Positions 1-10,900 of a stretch of 64,000 nucleotides of DNA are shown here, one piece after another. The notes under the pieces were generated by a model that saw only the letters and a list, made by a program, of their open reading frames with translations, did not search any database and had not been told where the DNA came from. The translations under genes were made by a program, and so were the position numbers. The first letter of the stretch is position 1. Every line of letters starts with the position of its first letter. Source of the DNA: a virus. Its lineage: Duplodnaviria > Caudoviricetes. The stretch covers positions 32,001 through 96,000 of IMG/VR virus record IMGVR_UViG_3300020037_002952. One strand, written 5' to 3'.

Positions 1-2
1 GC

Positions 3-3000
3 GCACCCACAATTACTGTCCCAGCATCAGAGCGAAACCGTCTTTTCTTCACTACTATTGCTGACGGGTACCCAGAAATCTATGGTGATCTTATAGATGG
101 ACGCACTGGCGTCGAATGCCGGATGTTCGCCTCTGGTACTGTCGATTCTAACTTCGAGTTGATCTACAACCCTGGAGAGCTTATCGAAATCTCTATCTCT
201 AATCCGGCTACTGGGAACTGGGAGAAGGTTGGGGGGAATCACGGTCACGGTTATGGACTTGGTTGGCCACAACGGATCAAAGAGGTTCTTCACGACTCAG
301 CCCCGATAGCTGTCCTTAACTCTGGCGTTTGGGACTCTGATCTTGTTGAGTGCGGCCCAGTTCTTTGGGATGATGCGACCGAACAGTGGATTGCCACATG
401 GACAGGCCGTGGGACGGTTCACGTAGATCCCCTTGTTGATGGGTTTCAAGGTTCCCGTATCGGAGCGGCGCTATCTGTAGATGGGTTCACTTGGACTCAG
501 CATCCACAGAATCCGATCACTGGAGAAGAGCAGCGCACTGTTGGCGGAGAGGGACGTGGGGCCGAGGACCCATTCATAGCCAAAACTGTCGACGGGAAAG
601 TGTGGCGTGACTCTGATGGTTGCGCTCACATGTATGTCGAGCAGAAGCTCATGGGCACCCAGATTGGCCTTTCGTGGTACAAGTCCGGGGTAAATACACT
701 CAACGACTGGGTGTTTCAAGATCAAATAATCACAGCCGGAACCGTAGAGTGGAATGAGTATTTCTGCGCCTCTCCGGTAACCATTGTTGACGGCTCAACA
801 ATGGTTATGGTCTACGAAGGACTTGATAATGTTCTCCACGGAGACATTGGGGTTGCCCTTTCAATGGATGAGGGTGTTACGTGGGACTTCGGGACTGAAA
901 CGAAACTCATTGAGCGGGTGCCAGACACTTGGTACGAGAAATCCCTGGTGGCCGACGATGCGATTCTTGTCGATGACAAGTGGATTCTACTGTGTCATGG
1001 ATCTAATAACGGAGATATCTACAGGGTCGGGAGGTTTGTAACTACAGATTCCCCGGCAGATTGGGGACCCGGTTCGTTCACTCCGATGGATGAGACGTTT
1101 TTCTCCACGTCGAACACTGTGCATTGTTGGGGGAACGATCCCACAGCAGCTATTCGACTCAACGAGAATGACACAGAACTTCGACGTCTAATTATTGCAC
1201 CCATCGACTTTGTGACAACGCCCGAAGCAGCCGAAGCGTTCGATCCGTCCGCACTCGAATCGTCGATAGGCTCACTCGAAAGCCGTGCTGACGATCTCGA
1301 AACCGCTGACGTGGCGGTGGACGGGCGCATCCTCAACACCGAATCAGATATCATGCGAGCGTTCCTCGCTACCGGAAGAACTGCTCCGTCCACAACGATC
1401 GAAGCTTTTGCTGCTACAACTGGTGATTTTGGTGGTACCCCGCCAGATGCCGTAATACTTACTATTCCAGCTAGCCTTACAACACCAGCCTTACCGTGGA
1501 TTAATATTGGATCGCAATTGGTTTCACTTGCTAGTTCGTCTCCAACTGCTCCATCCTCTGAGCATCGTCTCACAGGTGTAAAGGTTCGCGTGACTGCTAC
1601 TGGCATTGATCAATTAACAGATATCCAGGCGACCATTCTGTTCGGTGGGGCGTACCCTTGCAAGGTCGGCTCGCTTGGGGCATGGGGATCGAATACTGAG
1701 AACGGGGCGAACCTCGACCCCGCTCACGCTGACGTGGCGGTCGAACAGGACGTGGTGCTTCTACTCGACGAACCAATTGCTTCTGGTGATCTTAGTTCAA
1801 TGCTGCTCGTTGCTGGGTTCGTCGTATCAGGAGAATCTCCGTCTATTGGCACAGGCGCAACGCTTGATTTCCCGACCGAACCGGAATGGTTGTGGGATAC
1901 CGACATCGCCAGTGGGAGCGCAACGCTCAACGAAGTAGTCGGTCTTGGTATCGCCGGAACACACACACTGACCGAAGCTGGCGCATACACGATTCAGGAT
2001 GGCGGTACGATCACGCTCCCTTCGGCTGCATCAATGCCGGGTGCCGAGGTTTCCGTTCAGCACATCACTTCCAGTGGTGGTGGCGGGACGCTGACCGTCA
2101 ACCCATTCTCCGGGGAGTACATGCAGCGAGGGTGGGGCAACGACAGCTTCACCACATCATCGCTAGTCATCGACACGGACGCCATGATGATTTGGCGAGC
2201 GGCCACCGCTGCTGGATTCGGGGTGGATGCATGGGTGCTCGTCTCGCTTGACTATCAAGGTGAAAGCGGAACTGTTGATGTAATTTCTAACGTGGCAACT
2301 GGCACTATTATTGGCCGAGCAACAGCAAGTAGCGGCGATTCAGAAGAATTATCTCCATCACAGGCTCGTACAGTTATGGAACTTGGTTCTGCTGCACTAG
2401 CAGACTCTGCTGATTTTGCTACTCCCTCTGAGGTTACTTCTGCCGCGAACGCCGCCGAAGCTGCTGCTATCGCTGCATCGCAACCTGTTGACTCAGATCT
2501 AACTAGCATTGCTGCATTAACAACAACGGCTTACGGTAGAGCATTTTTGGAACTAGCAAATCAGGCTGCTCTTCTTGCTCTACTACATGTTGTACCTCAG
2601 GTCCGAGGTTGCCCAAGGGCAGTGGCGGATGATTGGGTCCTCTTATCTACGCCATATGGCACTGGAAGTCAGAGTGTTGCTACCGGTGGTGCGGCATCGT
2701 CCTCATCTGGCAAAGCAATATATGTACCGTTTACAATCGATCGTGCCATCTCGATCACGGGACTCGGGATCGAAGTGAGCACTGGAAACGCCGGAGGATC
2801 AGCTGTACTCAGAATGGGCGTCCATTCCGATACTTCTGGTCGCCCTGGAGCAGTTGTGGTGGATACAACTACGACAGCTACGGCAGCGGCTAAAGAAGCA
2901 ACGTTTTCTTCAACGGCGCTTGCACCAGGAAATTACTGGGCTGTCCTTGCATTTCAATCGTTGGATACGGCTGGAACAAACCCCCTTATACGTGGAGCGC

Positions 3001-3161
3001 TAGCAATGACTAGCTCAGCGAATCGTTCGGCGGTTGTTACTGGAGCAAATCAGGCTGCCACATATACAGCAACAGTTTCAGGTGCTTTGGCTGCTAATCC
3101 AACTGTGTCACTTACAACACCGTTAGTTCCAAATATTTGGATGAAAGTAGGAACACCATGA
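3..3161 (+). CDS. Virion appendage/tail-fibre-like protein with N-terminal five-bladed beta-propeller glycoside-hydrolase-like domain (5'-truncated by window edge)
   Basis: Frame is open from nt 3. WDSDLVECGPVLWD, AEDPFI and CASPVTI blade motifs resemble the GH32/43/130 clan. Followed by a short coiled coil, an Ala/Thr/Ser-rich fibre segment and a C-terminal beta domain. Confidence 0.6.
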   Translation, partial: APTITVPASERNRLFFTTIADGYPEIYGDLIDGRTGVECRMFASGTVDSNFELIYNPGELIEISISNPATGNWEKVGGNHGHGYGLGWPQRIKEVLHDSAPIAVLNSGVWDSDLVECGPVLWDDATEQWIATWTGRGTVHVDPLVDGFQGSRIGAALSVDGFTWTQHPQNPITGEEQRTVGGEGRGAEDPFIAKTVDGKVWRDSDGCAHMYVEQKLMGTQIGLSWYKSGVNTLNDWVFQDQIITAGTVEWNEYFCASPVTIVDGSTMVMVYEGLDNVLHGDIGVALSMDEGVTWDFGTETKLIERVPDTWYEKSLVADDAILVDDKWILLCHGSNNGDIYRVGRFVTTDSPADWGPGSFTPMDETFFSTSNTVHCWGNDPTAAIRLNENDTELRRLIIAPIDFVTTPEAAEAFDPSALESSIGSLESRADDLETADVAVDGRILNTESDIMRAFLATGRTAPSTTIEAFAATTGDFGGTPPDAVILTIPASLTTPALPWINIGSQLVSLASSSPTAPSSEHRLTGVKVRVTATGIDQLTDIQATILFGGAYPCKVGSLGAWGSNTENGANLDPAHADVAVEQDVVLLLDEPIASGDLSSMLLVAGFVVSGESPSIGTGATLDFPTEPEWLWDTDIASGSATLNEVVGLGIAGTHTLTEAGAYTIQDGGTITLPSAASMPGAEVSVQHITSSGGGGTLTVNPFSGEYMQRGWGNDSFTTSSLVIDTDAMMIWRAATAAGFGVDAWVLVSLDYQGESGTVDVISNVATGTIIGRATASSGDSEELSPSQARTVMELGSAALADSADFATPSEVTSAANAAEAAAIAASQPVDSDLTSIAALTTTAYGRAFLELANQAALLALLHVVPQVRGCPRAVADDWVLLSTPYGTGSQSVATGGAASSSSGKAIYVPFTIDRAISITGLGIEVSTGNAGGSAVLRMGVHSDTSGRPGAVVVDTTTTATAAAKEATFSSTALAPGNYWAVLAFQSLDTAGTNPLIRGALAMTSSANRSAVVTGANQAATYTATVSGALAANPTVSLTTPLVPNIWMKVGTP

Positions 3162-3298
3162 TTCGTGAAATCTTTGTAGACGGAGTATTAGTTGAAACCA
3201 TCGAAGTGGAGACGCCAGTTGTCGACCTGACACCTGAAGAACGTATCGCCGAGCTTGAACAGACCCTCGAAACCTTACTAGCGCTCTTGGAAGGATGA
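3158..3298 (+). CDS. Small 46-aa protein (MIREIFVDG...LLALLEG), possible fibre chaperone
   Basis: Not in ORF track. ATGA overlap with upstream stop; C-terminal heptad EERIAELEQTLETLL. Confidence 0.6.
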   Translation: MIREIFVDGVLVETIEVETPVVDLTPEERIAELEQTLETLLALLEG

Positions 3299-3302
3299 GA
3301 CT

Positions 3303-3497
3303 ATGCCTAAACCAAAGAAACCAAATCGTGACAATTTGGCAAACATCCCAGCCACCGGGAATCTCAATGCTAATCAGTTAACGCCAATTGTTCGAGAACT
3401 TCAAAAAAGAGTTCAGCAACTTACGCAAGAACTCGAAGCAAGGTATGATAGGGATGACGAAATTGCTGCTATTGCCAAATCTTTAAGAAAGCAATAG
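3303..3497 (+). CDS. Hypothetical coiled-coil protein
   Basis: ORF packed in operon, AAGGA upstream. Confidence 0.6.
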   Translation: MPKPKKPNRDNLANIPATGNLNANQLTPIVRELQKRVQQLTQELEARYDRDDEIAAIAKSLRKQ

Positions 3498-3516
3498 ATT
3501 AACCAAAGGAAAAGGG

Positions 3517-3765
3517 ATGAATGAAAAAGGGTTATTAGGTAAAAGAAGAAATAGATGTATTGCAACTATCTTAAGCTACAAGGAACAAAATTGTGATTTG
3601 ATGCTTTCGGATGAGGCTGCCATTGGTTTGCGCAAAGTCATTTTAGATGAGATAAATGATCTTTGTGAATTAGTGTTCGATATAGTAGATGAACAAGTTG
3701 TTTTTAATGAAAGTTTTTTTGCTATGTTCGAAGAGATGCATGAGATTATTGTAGACAAGGAGTAA
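3517..3765 (+). CDS. Hypothetical protein
   Basis: ORF with AAGGA RBS, operon packing. Confidence 0.7.
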   Translation: MNEKGLLGKRRNRCIATILSYKEQNCDLMLSDEAAIGLRKVILDEINDLCELVFDIVDEQVVFNESFFAMFEEMHEIIVDKE

Positions 3766-3770
3766 GTCAC

Positions 3771-4658
3771 ATGGCTAGAGTGAACGGAACAAGATATCCA
3801 ATTCAAACAAACGCCAAAAAATTTGGTGGGGTTAACACCAGAGCCATCGTTAGAGAAGTAAGTAAGGGCGTTGAAAATGACATAGCTAAATATATGCGTA
3901 AATGGGCTAGAAACTTAGAAAAATCAACGCAACGCAAAAGCGAAATTAGTAATATAAATAAAGAAACTGCTGCCGAGGCAAGACAGACAGTCCAAAAAGC
4001 ATACGCATCTTCTGGAATTGGCAAACGTCCTTCATATCGTCAGAATGACTCAAGAAAACTTAAACGGTATTCTGCTGGAGCAATGGAAAGAGCTTTAGGA
4101 GACGAAAAAGTTATTTATGGTGACGCTAAAGGTATTTTCTTTATTGATAAAAAACGGTTAGACAGAACAGCTAAACAGTGGTATCGACTTAACTTCGGTG
4201 CTCAACCAAAAGGGCGTAAAGCTGTGACCACAACTCCGATGAGATTCTTTGGTCGCCCATCTTCTAAAAGGTTTAATTTAGATCGTTATAAAGCTTCTGA
4301 TCCTTTCTTAGTCCCAAGAGGGTTTTTCTCTCATTCATTCTTTGCTTCTTCTAGTCCCGGCAAAAACTTTGAGCCTGGTACTAAAAAGCCCATGGATGCG
4401 TTTTATCTTAAATCTAAAAAAACTGCCCATCGTCAATTCAAAGATCGTGATGGAGTAAAAGTCCGCCCGAACTTTAATAGAAGACAATATGCTGTTGGTA
4501 AAAATGGTCGTCCAGACGAGGATAAGCCGGTTCTGTCTAAAGGTATTAAAGGATATAGCTTCATTGACAAAGGTGCTCAGAAGATCAATACTGTGTATCC
4601 AAAGAAGATCGAGAAAGTATTTAGGGGCTGGGAGAAGAAAGCTCGCTTAGTTAAGTAA
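3771..4658 (+). CDS. Basic virion morphogenesis protein (neck/tail-completion candidate)
   Basis: AAGGAG RBS; Lys/Arg-rich; immediately upstream of major tail gene; function from position only. Confidence 0.45.
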   Translation: MARVNGTRYPIQTNAKKFGGVNTRAIVREVSKGVENDIAKYMRKWARNLEKSTQRKSEISNINKETAAEARQTVQKAYASSGIGKRPSYRQNDSRKLKRYSAGAMERALGDEKVIYGDAKGIFFIDKKRLDRTAKQWYRLNFGAQPKGRKAVTTTPMRFFGRPSSKRFNLDRYKASDPFLVPRGFFSHSFFASSSPGKNFEPGTKKPMDAFYLKSKKTAHRQFKDRDGVKVRPNFNRRQYAVGKNGRPDEDKPVLSKGIKGYSFIDKGAQKINTVYPKKIEKVFRGWEKKARLVK

Positions 4659-4792
4659 ACTTTATACTCATAACTCCGTTATATACAATAGGAATCATAT
4701 CGCTTATGTTGTGCATATGATAGTATTCAAAAGGTTTTGCAGGTTAGTATTCATACAGGCGAAGAAAGCCTAACAAGAAAGAGGTATTAACG

Positions 4793-6055
4793 ATGTCCAT
4801 TCGCGGGGGTTCCATCCTAACACAAGCCGGAAAGTATGTTTTGGATCGTGTCCAAACTGCTGGTCCAGGCGACCTTAACATTACTCGTGATAAAGTTTAC
4901 GAGCTTGGTAACTATGAGTCAATTGGTACTACAACTGGTATCCCAGAGATTTCATATGACCTTGAATCATTCGACGTTTCGACAGAGTTTGAGGCTTTGC
5001 TTGTTGGCGAAAACCCAACAACTTTCTCCTCAACCGTTGGATCTAACGATATCGATTTCCGAAATGCTGTCCCGATTGACATCATCTCGCCAATCAAATC
5101 AACTCGTGGAGCTTTCGATATTGTGAAGGGTGCGGTTATTCCGTATCTTACACTCAGCAATGCTTCATATCGTTTCGGTGTTGGCGACAATGCTTCACAG
5201 TCATTCACCCTTACCGGCGATGCGATTTACTACACACAGGGCCAGCCTTATGTTGAAGAGTTTACTTTCACCTCGGGTACTCCAGAGTATACGCTAGCTA
5301 ATACAGCGGAAAAGTATGACCAGACCGGCGAAGACGTTTATGTGCTCAGCGTATGTCTTTTCCATACAACAACTCATGCATTCAAACGAGTATACTTTGA
5401 TTCAACTGGTGATGCTGGTTACACAAACACTACAACCACATTTACCCTTCCAACTTCACTTGCTACAGGGACAACCTATAACCGAGTTAAGGTGACTTAC
5501 GGTTCACAAACCCTAGGTTCCTACACCCAGCTTGGCAATAACCCTAGCGGTGAGCTTATCCACCAGACAACTTCAGTGAAGCCTGCTGCTGTTCGTTCAC
5601 AGGATTTGGACGTGTTCATTGGTACCGCTGGAGCGACTCCAGTATTTACCCGGTTCAACTCAGTTCAGAACATTGAAGCCACTTGGTCCGTTTCGCTAGA
5701 AAACGACGAAGAGCTTGGTAACAAGCACTATGTTGCTTCTGACTATGACGTTCCTGAGGTTTCTGGCTCGATTGGTGTGAAGCCGTTCGATCCTGCCGAT
5801 CTCTGGGCGAAGCTTAGCCAGATCACTGGCGTTCCTGATGATGAGGTTATTGGCCCCAACATCACACAGACGGTGCCTCTTGAGATGAGAATTTCTCATC
5901 CCGATACTGGCGCACGGCTTAAGACCATTTACATCCCAGATGCTCGGTTCAACGTGCCTGGCTATCAGGGTCAGGTTCAGTCCAAGATGGAGAACACTCT
6001 TAACTGGAGTTCTGAATCAGGTCAGATGTATGTCTTCAACGGATCAAGAATTTAG
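4793..6055 (+). CDS. Major tail (tube) protein
   Basis: 420 aa, Thr/Ser/Gly-rich beta protein; GAGGT RBS; precedes chaperone pair and tape measure. Confidence 0.8.
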   Translation: MSIRGGSILTQAGKYVLDRVQTAGPGDLNITRDKVYELGNYESIGTTTGIPEISYDLESFDVSTEFEALLVGENPTTFSSTVGSNDIDFRNAVPIDIISPIKSTRGAFDIVKGAVIPYLTLSNASYRFGVGDNASQSFTLTGDAIYYTQGQPYVEEFTFTSGTPEYTLANTAEKYDQTGEDVYVLSVCLFHTTTHAFKRVYFDSTGDAGYTNTTTTFTLPTSLATGTTYNRVKVTYGSQTLGSYTQLGNNPSGELIHQTTSVKPAAVRSQDLDVFIGTAGATPVFTRFNSVQNIEATWSVSLENDEELGNKHYVASDYDVPEVSGSIGVKPFDPADLWAKLSQITGVPDDEVIGPNITQTVPLEMRISHPDTGARLKTIYIPDARFNVPGYQGQVQSKMENTLNWSSESGQMYVFNGSRI

Positions 6056-6057
6056 TC

Positions 6058-6690
6058 TTGAAAATTGACAATTTAGTGCAAGCTAAATTGTGTTCCATCG
6101 AGGCTTGCCCTAATAAAAACTATGGTCGTTCCTGGTGTTTTAGGCACTATGGAGCATGGCGAAAAACTGGAGATCCGTTAGGATTAGAGGATCAAAGAAA
6201 GGTTTTTCGTCGTGAAGGCTCTGGTGGTCCTCGGTGGAAAAATGAACCAGATGCTATAATTGATTTTGATAGAAAACTTTCAGGATCATGTTGCGTTGTT
6301 GATTGCGATAAAGAATATAAGCAAGCAAACTTCTGCTATATGCATTATAATAGGTATAGGTCCTATGGGAGAGTGGGACCTGCTTGCAGCGAAAAAGAAC
6401 TCTCTGATTCCAAGAAGGACAACGATGGATGGAGTATTCGAAACGGATATAAAATCAAATGGACTCCCGGTGGATCAAATTGCATCTATCAACATAGAGA
6501 AGTTTACGAAGAATTTCTTGGTCGCAAACTTGAATCGTTTGAAAATATTCATCATATTAATGGAATTAGAGATGATAACCGAATAGAAAATCTAGAGCTA
6601 TGGGTAGTTCCACAGCCGAACGGTCAAAGAGTTGAAGATTTGATAGACTTTCTCGTAGAGCATTATCCAGATAAAGTGGCACGGGTCTAA
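6058..6690 (+). CDS. HNH homing endonuclease
   Basis: HREVYE...IHHINGIRDDNRIENLELW HNH motif; two N-terminal C-x4-C...C-x2-HY zinc repeats. Confidence 0.9.
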   Translation: MKIDNLVQAKLCSIEACPNKNYGRSWCFRHYGAWRKTGDPLGLEDQRKVFRREGSGGPRWKNEPDAIIDFDRKLSGSCCVVDCDKEYKQANFCYMHYNRYRSYGRVGPACSEKELSDSKKDNDGWSIRNGYKIKWTPGGSNCIYQHREVYEEFLGRKLESFENIHHINGIRDDNRIENLELWVVPQPNGQRVEDLIDFLVEHYPDKVARV

Positions 6691-6714
6691 CCATAGTCAT
6701 TAATACAAGAAGTT

Positions 6715-6750
6715 AAAAAGGTCGCCTTGGGGAGCTAGGGCGACCTTTTT
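6715..6750 (+). terminator. Intrinsic (potentially bidirectional) terminator
   Basis: AAAAAGGTCGCCTTGGGGAGCTAGGGCGACCTTTTT inverted repeat with A and T tracts. Confidence 0.85.
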
Positions 6751-6761
6751 ACGTTATGTGA

Positions 6762-6776
6762 CGATATAATAAGTAT
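6762..6776 (+). promoter_or_regulatory. Putative phage late-promoter motif CGATATAATAAGTAT
   Basis: Identical 15-mer at 34993-35007; related motifs at 4677, 7947, 40121 and on the - strand near 56658-56674. Confidence 0.5.
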
Positions 6777-6831
6777 AGGATTGTCCAACATTAGGCGTTG
6801 TGACTTATTGAGTGGTATGAAGGAGAAACAC

Positions 6832-7611
6832 ATGAGTGAAAAAGTTAAAAGCAATATTATTGCGCCTGTTCGTAAACGACTTCTTAATCTTTATGTTTTA
6901 GGTGAAGAAGTTAGCTTTCATGATGACGAGGGTGAATTCTCAGTATGGATTCAAAAGATTAATAGCTGGCAAGATCGTGATGCTATCCAAAAATCTAAGG
7001 TCGTGCGAGCTCCAATTATTGCCCTTATTAAAGATAAAGCTAATCCAGATAGATTAGCTTATATTGACCTTCTTTCTGAATGGGACTTTGATACGAAGGA
7101 AACTCAAATTCAGTTTCTTATCTCGCCGAAGGTTCAGCAGGCTCGGGAATCCGCAGAAGCTAGGATTGCATCAGAAGATGAGTGGGCGAAAGATGACTAT
7201 CTCATCACTCTCCAAGAAGCCTGGGTTAGCGGCCTTAGCGATACGTATGCGCTAAATCCAGATGACAAAGAAGCCAACAGAATCTACCTGGAACTTAGGC
7301 GATATACCGATCTAGTTGATTCTGCCGTCGAGCATGAAGCTAATGAATATGCTCTTGATATGGAAGACAAGTCTGAAGAAGCTATTCAAGATCAGATTGT
7401 AACAAAGCTTATTGAACATGAAGCAGACGTTGTTCAAATGGCTGAATACCATCGTTGGTGTATCTTTTATGCCATTAGAAATATTGATGATCATGATGAA
7501 CTCTTCTTTGAGACGCGAGAAGAGATTGACTATCTCGACCAAAGTGTTTACAATAGACTTCTAGAAGCATATCTTGAATTAGAGATCGCAGGCATGGAGG
7601 GAAAAGACTAG
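6832..7611 (+). CDS. Tail assembly chaperone (gpG-like)
   Basis: AAGGAGA RBS before ATG 6832; lies between major tail and tape measure genes; ends in slippery G GGA AAA. Confidence 0.85.
   Translation: MSEKVKSNIIAPVRKRLLNLYVLGEEVSFHDDEGEFSVWIQKINSWQDRDAIQKSKVVRAPIIALIKDKANPDRLAYIDLLSEWDFDTKETQIQFLISPKVQQARESAEARIASEDEWAKDDYLITLQEAWVSGLSDTYALNPDDKEANRIYLELRRYTDLVDSAVEHEANEYALDMEDKSEEAIQDQIVTKLIEHEADVVQMAEYHRWCIFYAIRNIDDHDELFFETREEIDYLDQSVYNRLLEAYLELEIAGMEGKD
7599..7605 (+). promoter_or_regulatory. -1 programmed ribosomal frameshift site GGGAAAA
   Basis: X XXY YYZ heptamer in frame (GAG GGA AAA GAC TAG); the -1 frame reads RLAGDPQFLRMVAASK into ORF 7629-7946. Confidence 0.9.
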
Positions 7612-7946
7612 CAGGCGATCCACAATTTTTGAGGATGGTCGCCGCCTCAAAGTCAACTGGTGCTGGAGCTTTAATTTGGCCTAAAGGTACTAATAGCGAA
7701 GATATACCTGCTAGCACTTTTAATTGCATTAGTCACGCACTGATGATTGTAGCATGGCAAGAAAATCTTCCATCTGAAGAGATCCCTCCCTATTGGAAGT
7801 GGCATTTAGATTGGGAGCTTGAATCTTGGTTTGATAAGATTTCAGATGATCGTAAAACTAAGTATGGCAGTGCATCCAATGAACTAGAGCCAATTCCAGA
7901 AGGTGGGGCGAACTCTTTGTTCGAGGAATTTAAGGCGTCGTTATGA
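7605..7946 (+). CDS. Tail assembly chaperone frameshift extension (gpGT C-terminal part)
   Basis: -1 frame open from the slippery site to stop at 7946. Confidence 0.85.
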   Translation, partial: RLAGDPQFLRMVAASKSTGAGALIWPKGTNSEDIPASTFNCISHALMIVAWQENLPSEEIPPYWKWHLDWELESWFDKISDDRKTKYGSASNELEPIPEGGANSLFEEFKASL

Positions 7947-7999
7947 CGATACATAATATGAGGTATTGGATTTAGTTTGATGGAAGGCGGTGAAAGACT

Positions 8000-10900
8000 A
8001 TGGCAGCAGATTTCCTAATTAAAGGTGGCTTAGATCTTTCCGGTATTCGCCAAGAATTGAAAGCTTTTGCTGCCGAACAAACAGCACTACAAAGTAAAGC
8101 GGCTGCCGTTGCGCCCGCAACCAAAATTCCAGTTCTTCCGCCATCTGTTCTTCAGCGTATTGATAAGCCTATCATTGGCCAGAAAGCTAGTCTAGGACAA
8201 AATACTGCTGAAATAAACAAGGCAATTACTGCCCAAGCGAAGCTTATTGCTCTTCAATCGGAAAGCAATCGAATTACAGCTCTTGCATCAGGACAAAAAT
8301 ATGACCCAATTAAAGGAACAGAACAACTTCGGCTAGGTACACAAGCTGCCTTCCGAGCTGGTGGGGTAGAGTTTGGTAAAACCCAAGCTAAGTTTTTAGA
8401 TGCTGAATTTCAGAGATTTATTACTCAGTTTGAAGCGGTATCATCTAGAACAGCTAAAGGTCAATTTGTCCCAGTTTCTCAACAGGCTGAAAGATTTGCG
8501 AAGCTAACTGCTAATCCAATTCTTCAGCAGCAGGGCTTATTGAATGCTAATGGCAACCCGAGGATTTTCACTCCTAGAGCAGATACTCAAGACTTTAGTA
8601 ATAGAAAAGATGCTTTAGCGATTGAAGCTGCCTATGACAAAGAGCGATTAGCGGCCAAGGCAGAACAACTTAAAGCTGAAGGTCAAGTTGCTGCCGAAAA
8701 GCTTAGAGCTGCTCAGGCCCAGCGAGTTGCTGACGGTAAATCAGAAGGTATTGATGCCGAAATTTTGGCGGCCAGACAAGCGCGTCTTGCTTCTGAAGCA
8801 TCATTGGCTGCTTCTGCTAGCGCTAGAGCTAGACTTGCTGCTCTAAATAAAGATGGCACACAGGCTCGTGTAGATCAAATTCCTCAAGCGGCTAGACTTG
8901 CTGGAGCTAATCAGTTTTTAGCAGATACAAGAGCTAAGCTAGAAGCGATGAAAAAGGGTACTGTTGGCGTAACGCAGTCACCGATACTAAACAGTAGTGG
9001 ACAGCAACCAGTAACGAATAATCTTTCTCCGGTGGCTCTACGTGGCACGCTTCGTCTTGAAGCTGCAATGGGACAGTTAATTCAATCAGCCGAAGGTGAA
9101 GTTGTACTTGGTCAAGAAAGATTCAAAAGAAGAGCAGCATATAACTCTAAGATGGCGGCCCTGGAATTAGCTATTGCAGAAGAAGTAGCTCTTGAAGCTG
9201 CTCAAAGAGCTACTTTGGCGGGCAGAGTTTCCCAAGCAAGCTTTGCTAATCCAAAAATAGGATTGGAACGAGGTATTGGAGAGGCAAACCTTATCGCTGG
9301 AGAGGCATCAGCTAAAGCTTTAAGGGGCGGGATTATCAATGCTAATCCAGAGCTTCAAGCACAATTAGCGAATGCAGAAGCTCGTTATATAGAAATAAGA
9401 TTACGTCAAGTTATCGAGGCGCAGAAAGAGCTTCTAGCTTCTGGTGTTTCAACTGAATTAGACCTAGAATTATCAACTCTCAAAAAGCAACTTGGAGCGA
9501 TGCTGCTCAGAGCGCAGGCTGGCGATGAAGCGTATCTTAGTGCTACGAATCAAGCCACTCTAGCAAAAGCCGAACAAGCAGCGGCAACTGCAAGACAACT
9601 CCTAACTACTCCTGGTGCAGTTTCTTCACTGGGTGGGGATCAAGCTGCGGTGACACGAACTAGAAATGCAGTTGCAGCTGCTGAACTAGCGCAACTTGAG
9701 TTAATGCCGGGGAATATAGAATCGCTTCGTCAAGCTACAACTTCCAGACTCCGTATGGCTTCTTCACTTAATCTTTCCATCATTGGAGATCAGGAAGCAT
9801 TAGAGGCTACTCTTGCTGCGGCAACAACGAATAGAAGAAAAGCTATAGCCACAAATGAACTGATTGTCGCTGATGCTGCTAGCGTCGAAGCTATTGCTTT
9901 AGAAACCGTTTCAAGAACTAAGGTATCTACAGCAGCAAATCAACTTTCTCTTACAATGCAATCAAGCATTGAAGCATTTGCTCTTGGTAAAATTACGCAA
10001 GACCAATTGAATCTCGCTATTAGACAAGAGGTCGCCGCCTCTCGGGTAGCCGCTAAAACAACCTATGATACCGCTCTTCTCAAAGCTGAAGCGACTGCTA
10101 ATCAAATTGCATTAGATCAAGCCAATGGAAATGCTTTGGCTTTACAGAGACAAGCTAATATTCGTGCAGTTAAATCACAGACCGCTGCATCAGGTATTGT
10201 TGGAGGGTTTAAAGCTACAGAAAATGCTGGTGGACGAGATGCGGGTGCTTTCTTGGGCGGGGGCTTAGCTACAACACTTAAATTCGCTCTTCCATCAGCA
10301 GTTCTATTTGGAGCTTTTGCTGGTATTAAAAACGCTGTCAAAGATACCGAAGAGTTGGCTATTACTTTCACTAAGCTTGAATCACAGCTTAATGGTTTAG
10401 ATGATGTGGATAGGTTAGCTAACCTTAAAAAACAGATTCTTGATATTTCTTCTGAAACAGGTATCGCTGCTGCTGAAATTGGCGATCTAGCCCTCCAAAT
10501 CCAAGGCGCTTTCGGTGACTTAGAATATGACCCTAATAAACTTAATGATGGGGGCCTTAAAGGATCGGATAACATCACTAGATATGGCGACGAGGTTGTA
10601 GCTAAGCAGATCGAAGCTGCCGGTAAACTTTCTGTAGTTACTGGTATTGCTCAAAAGGAACTTGTTGACGGTCTAACGGCTGCCTCATTCGCTTTCGGAA
10701 CTTCTGCTGATCGAATCGGTGACGTGGCCGCTAAGCTTGAAGTTTCAACAGGTGTTAAAGCAAAGGAAACAATTTCCTTCCTTGGTGATATTGGCCCCGT
10801 TGCCGAAGCTGCTGGCTTCTCTCTAGAAGAGTTCGCAGCTATTGCGGCTATTGCGCAGAAGCGTTCTGGCGCTACTGGTACCGTTCTTGCTGAGCAGTTC

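Noticed and set aside
4690-4785. Possible hairpins in the major tail gene leader
   Set aside because: The pairings are short and AT-rich and cannot be told from chance by eye.
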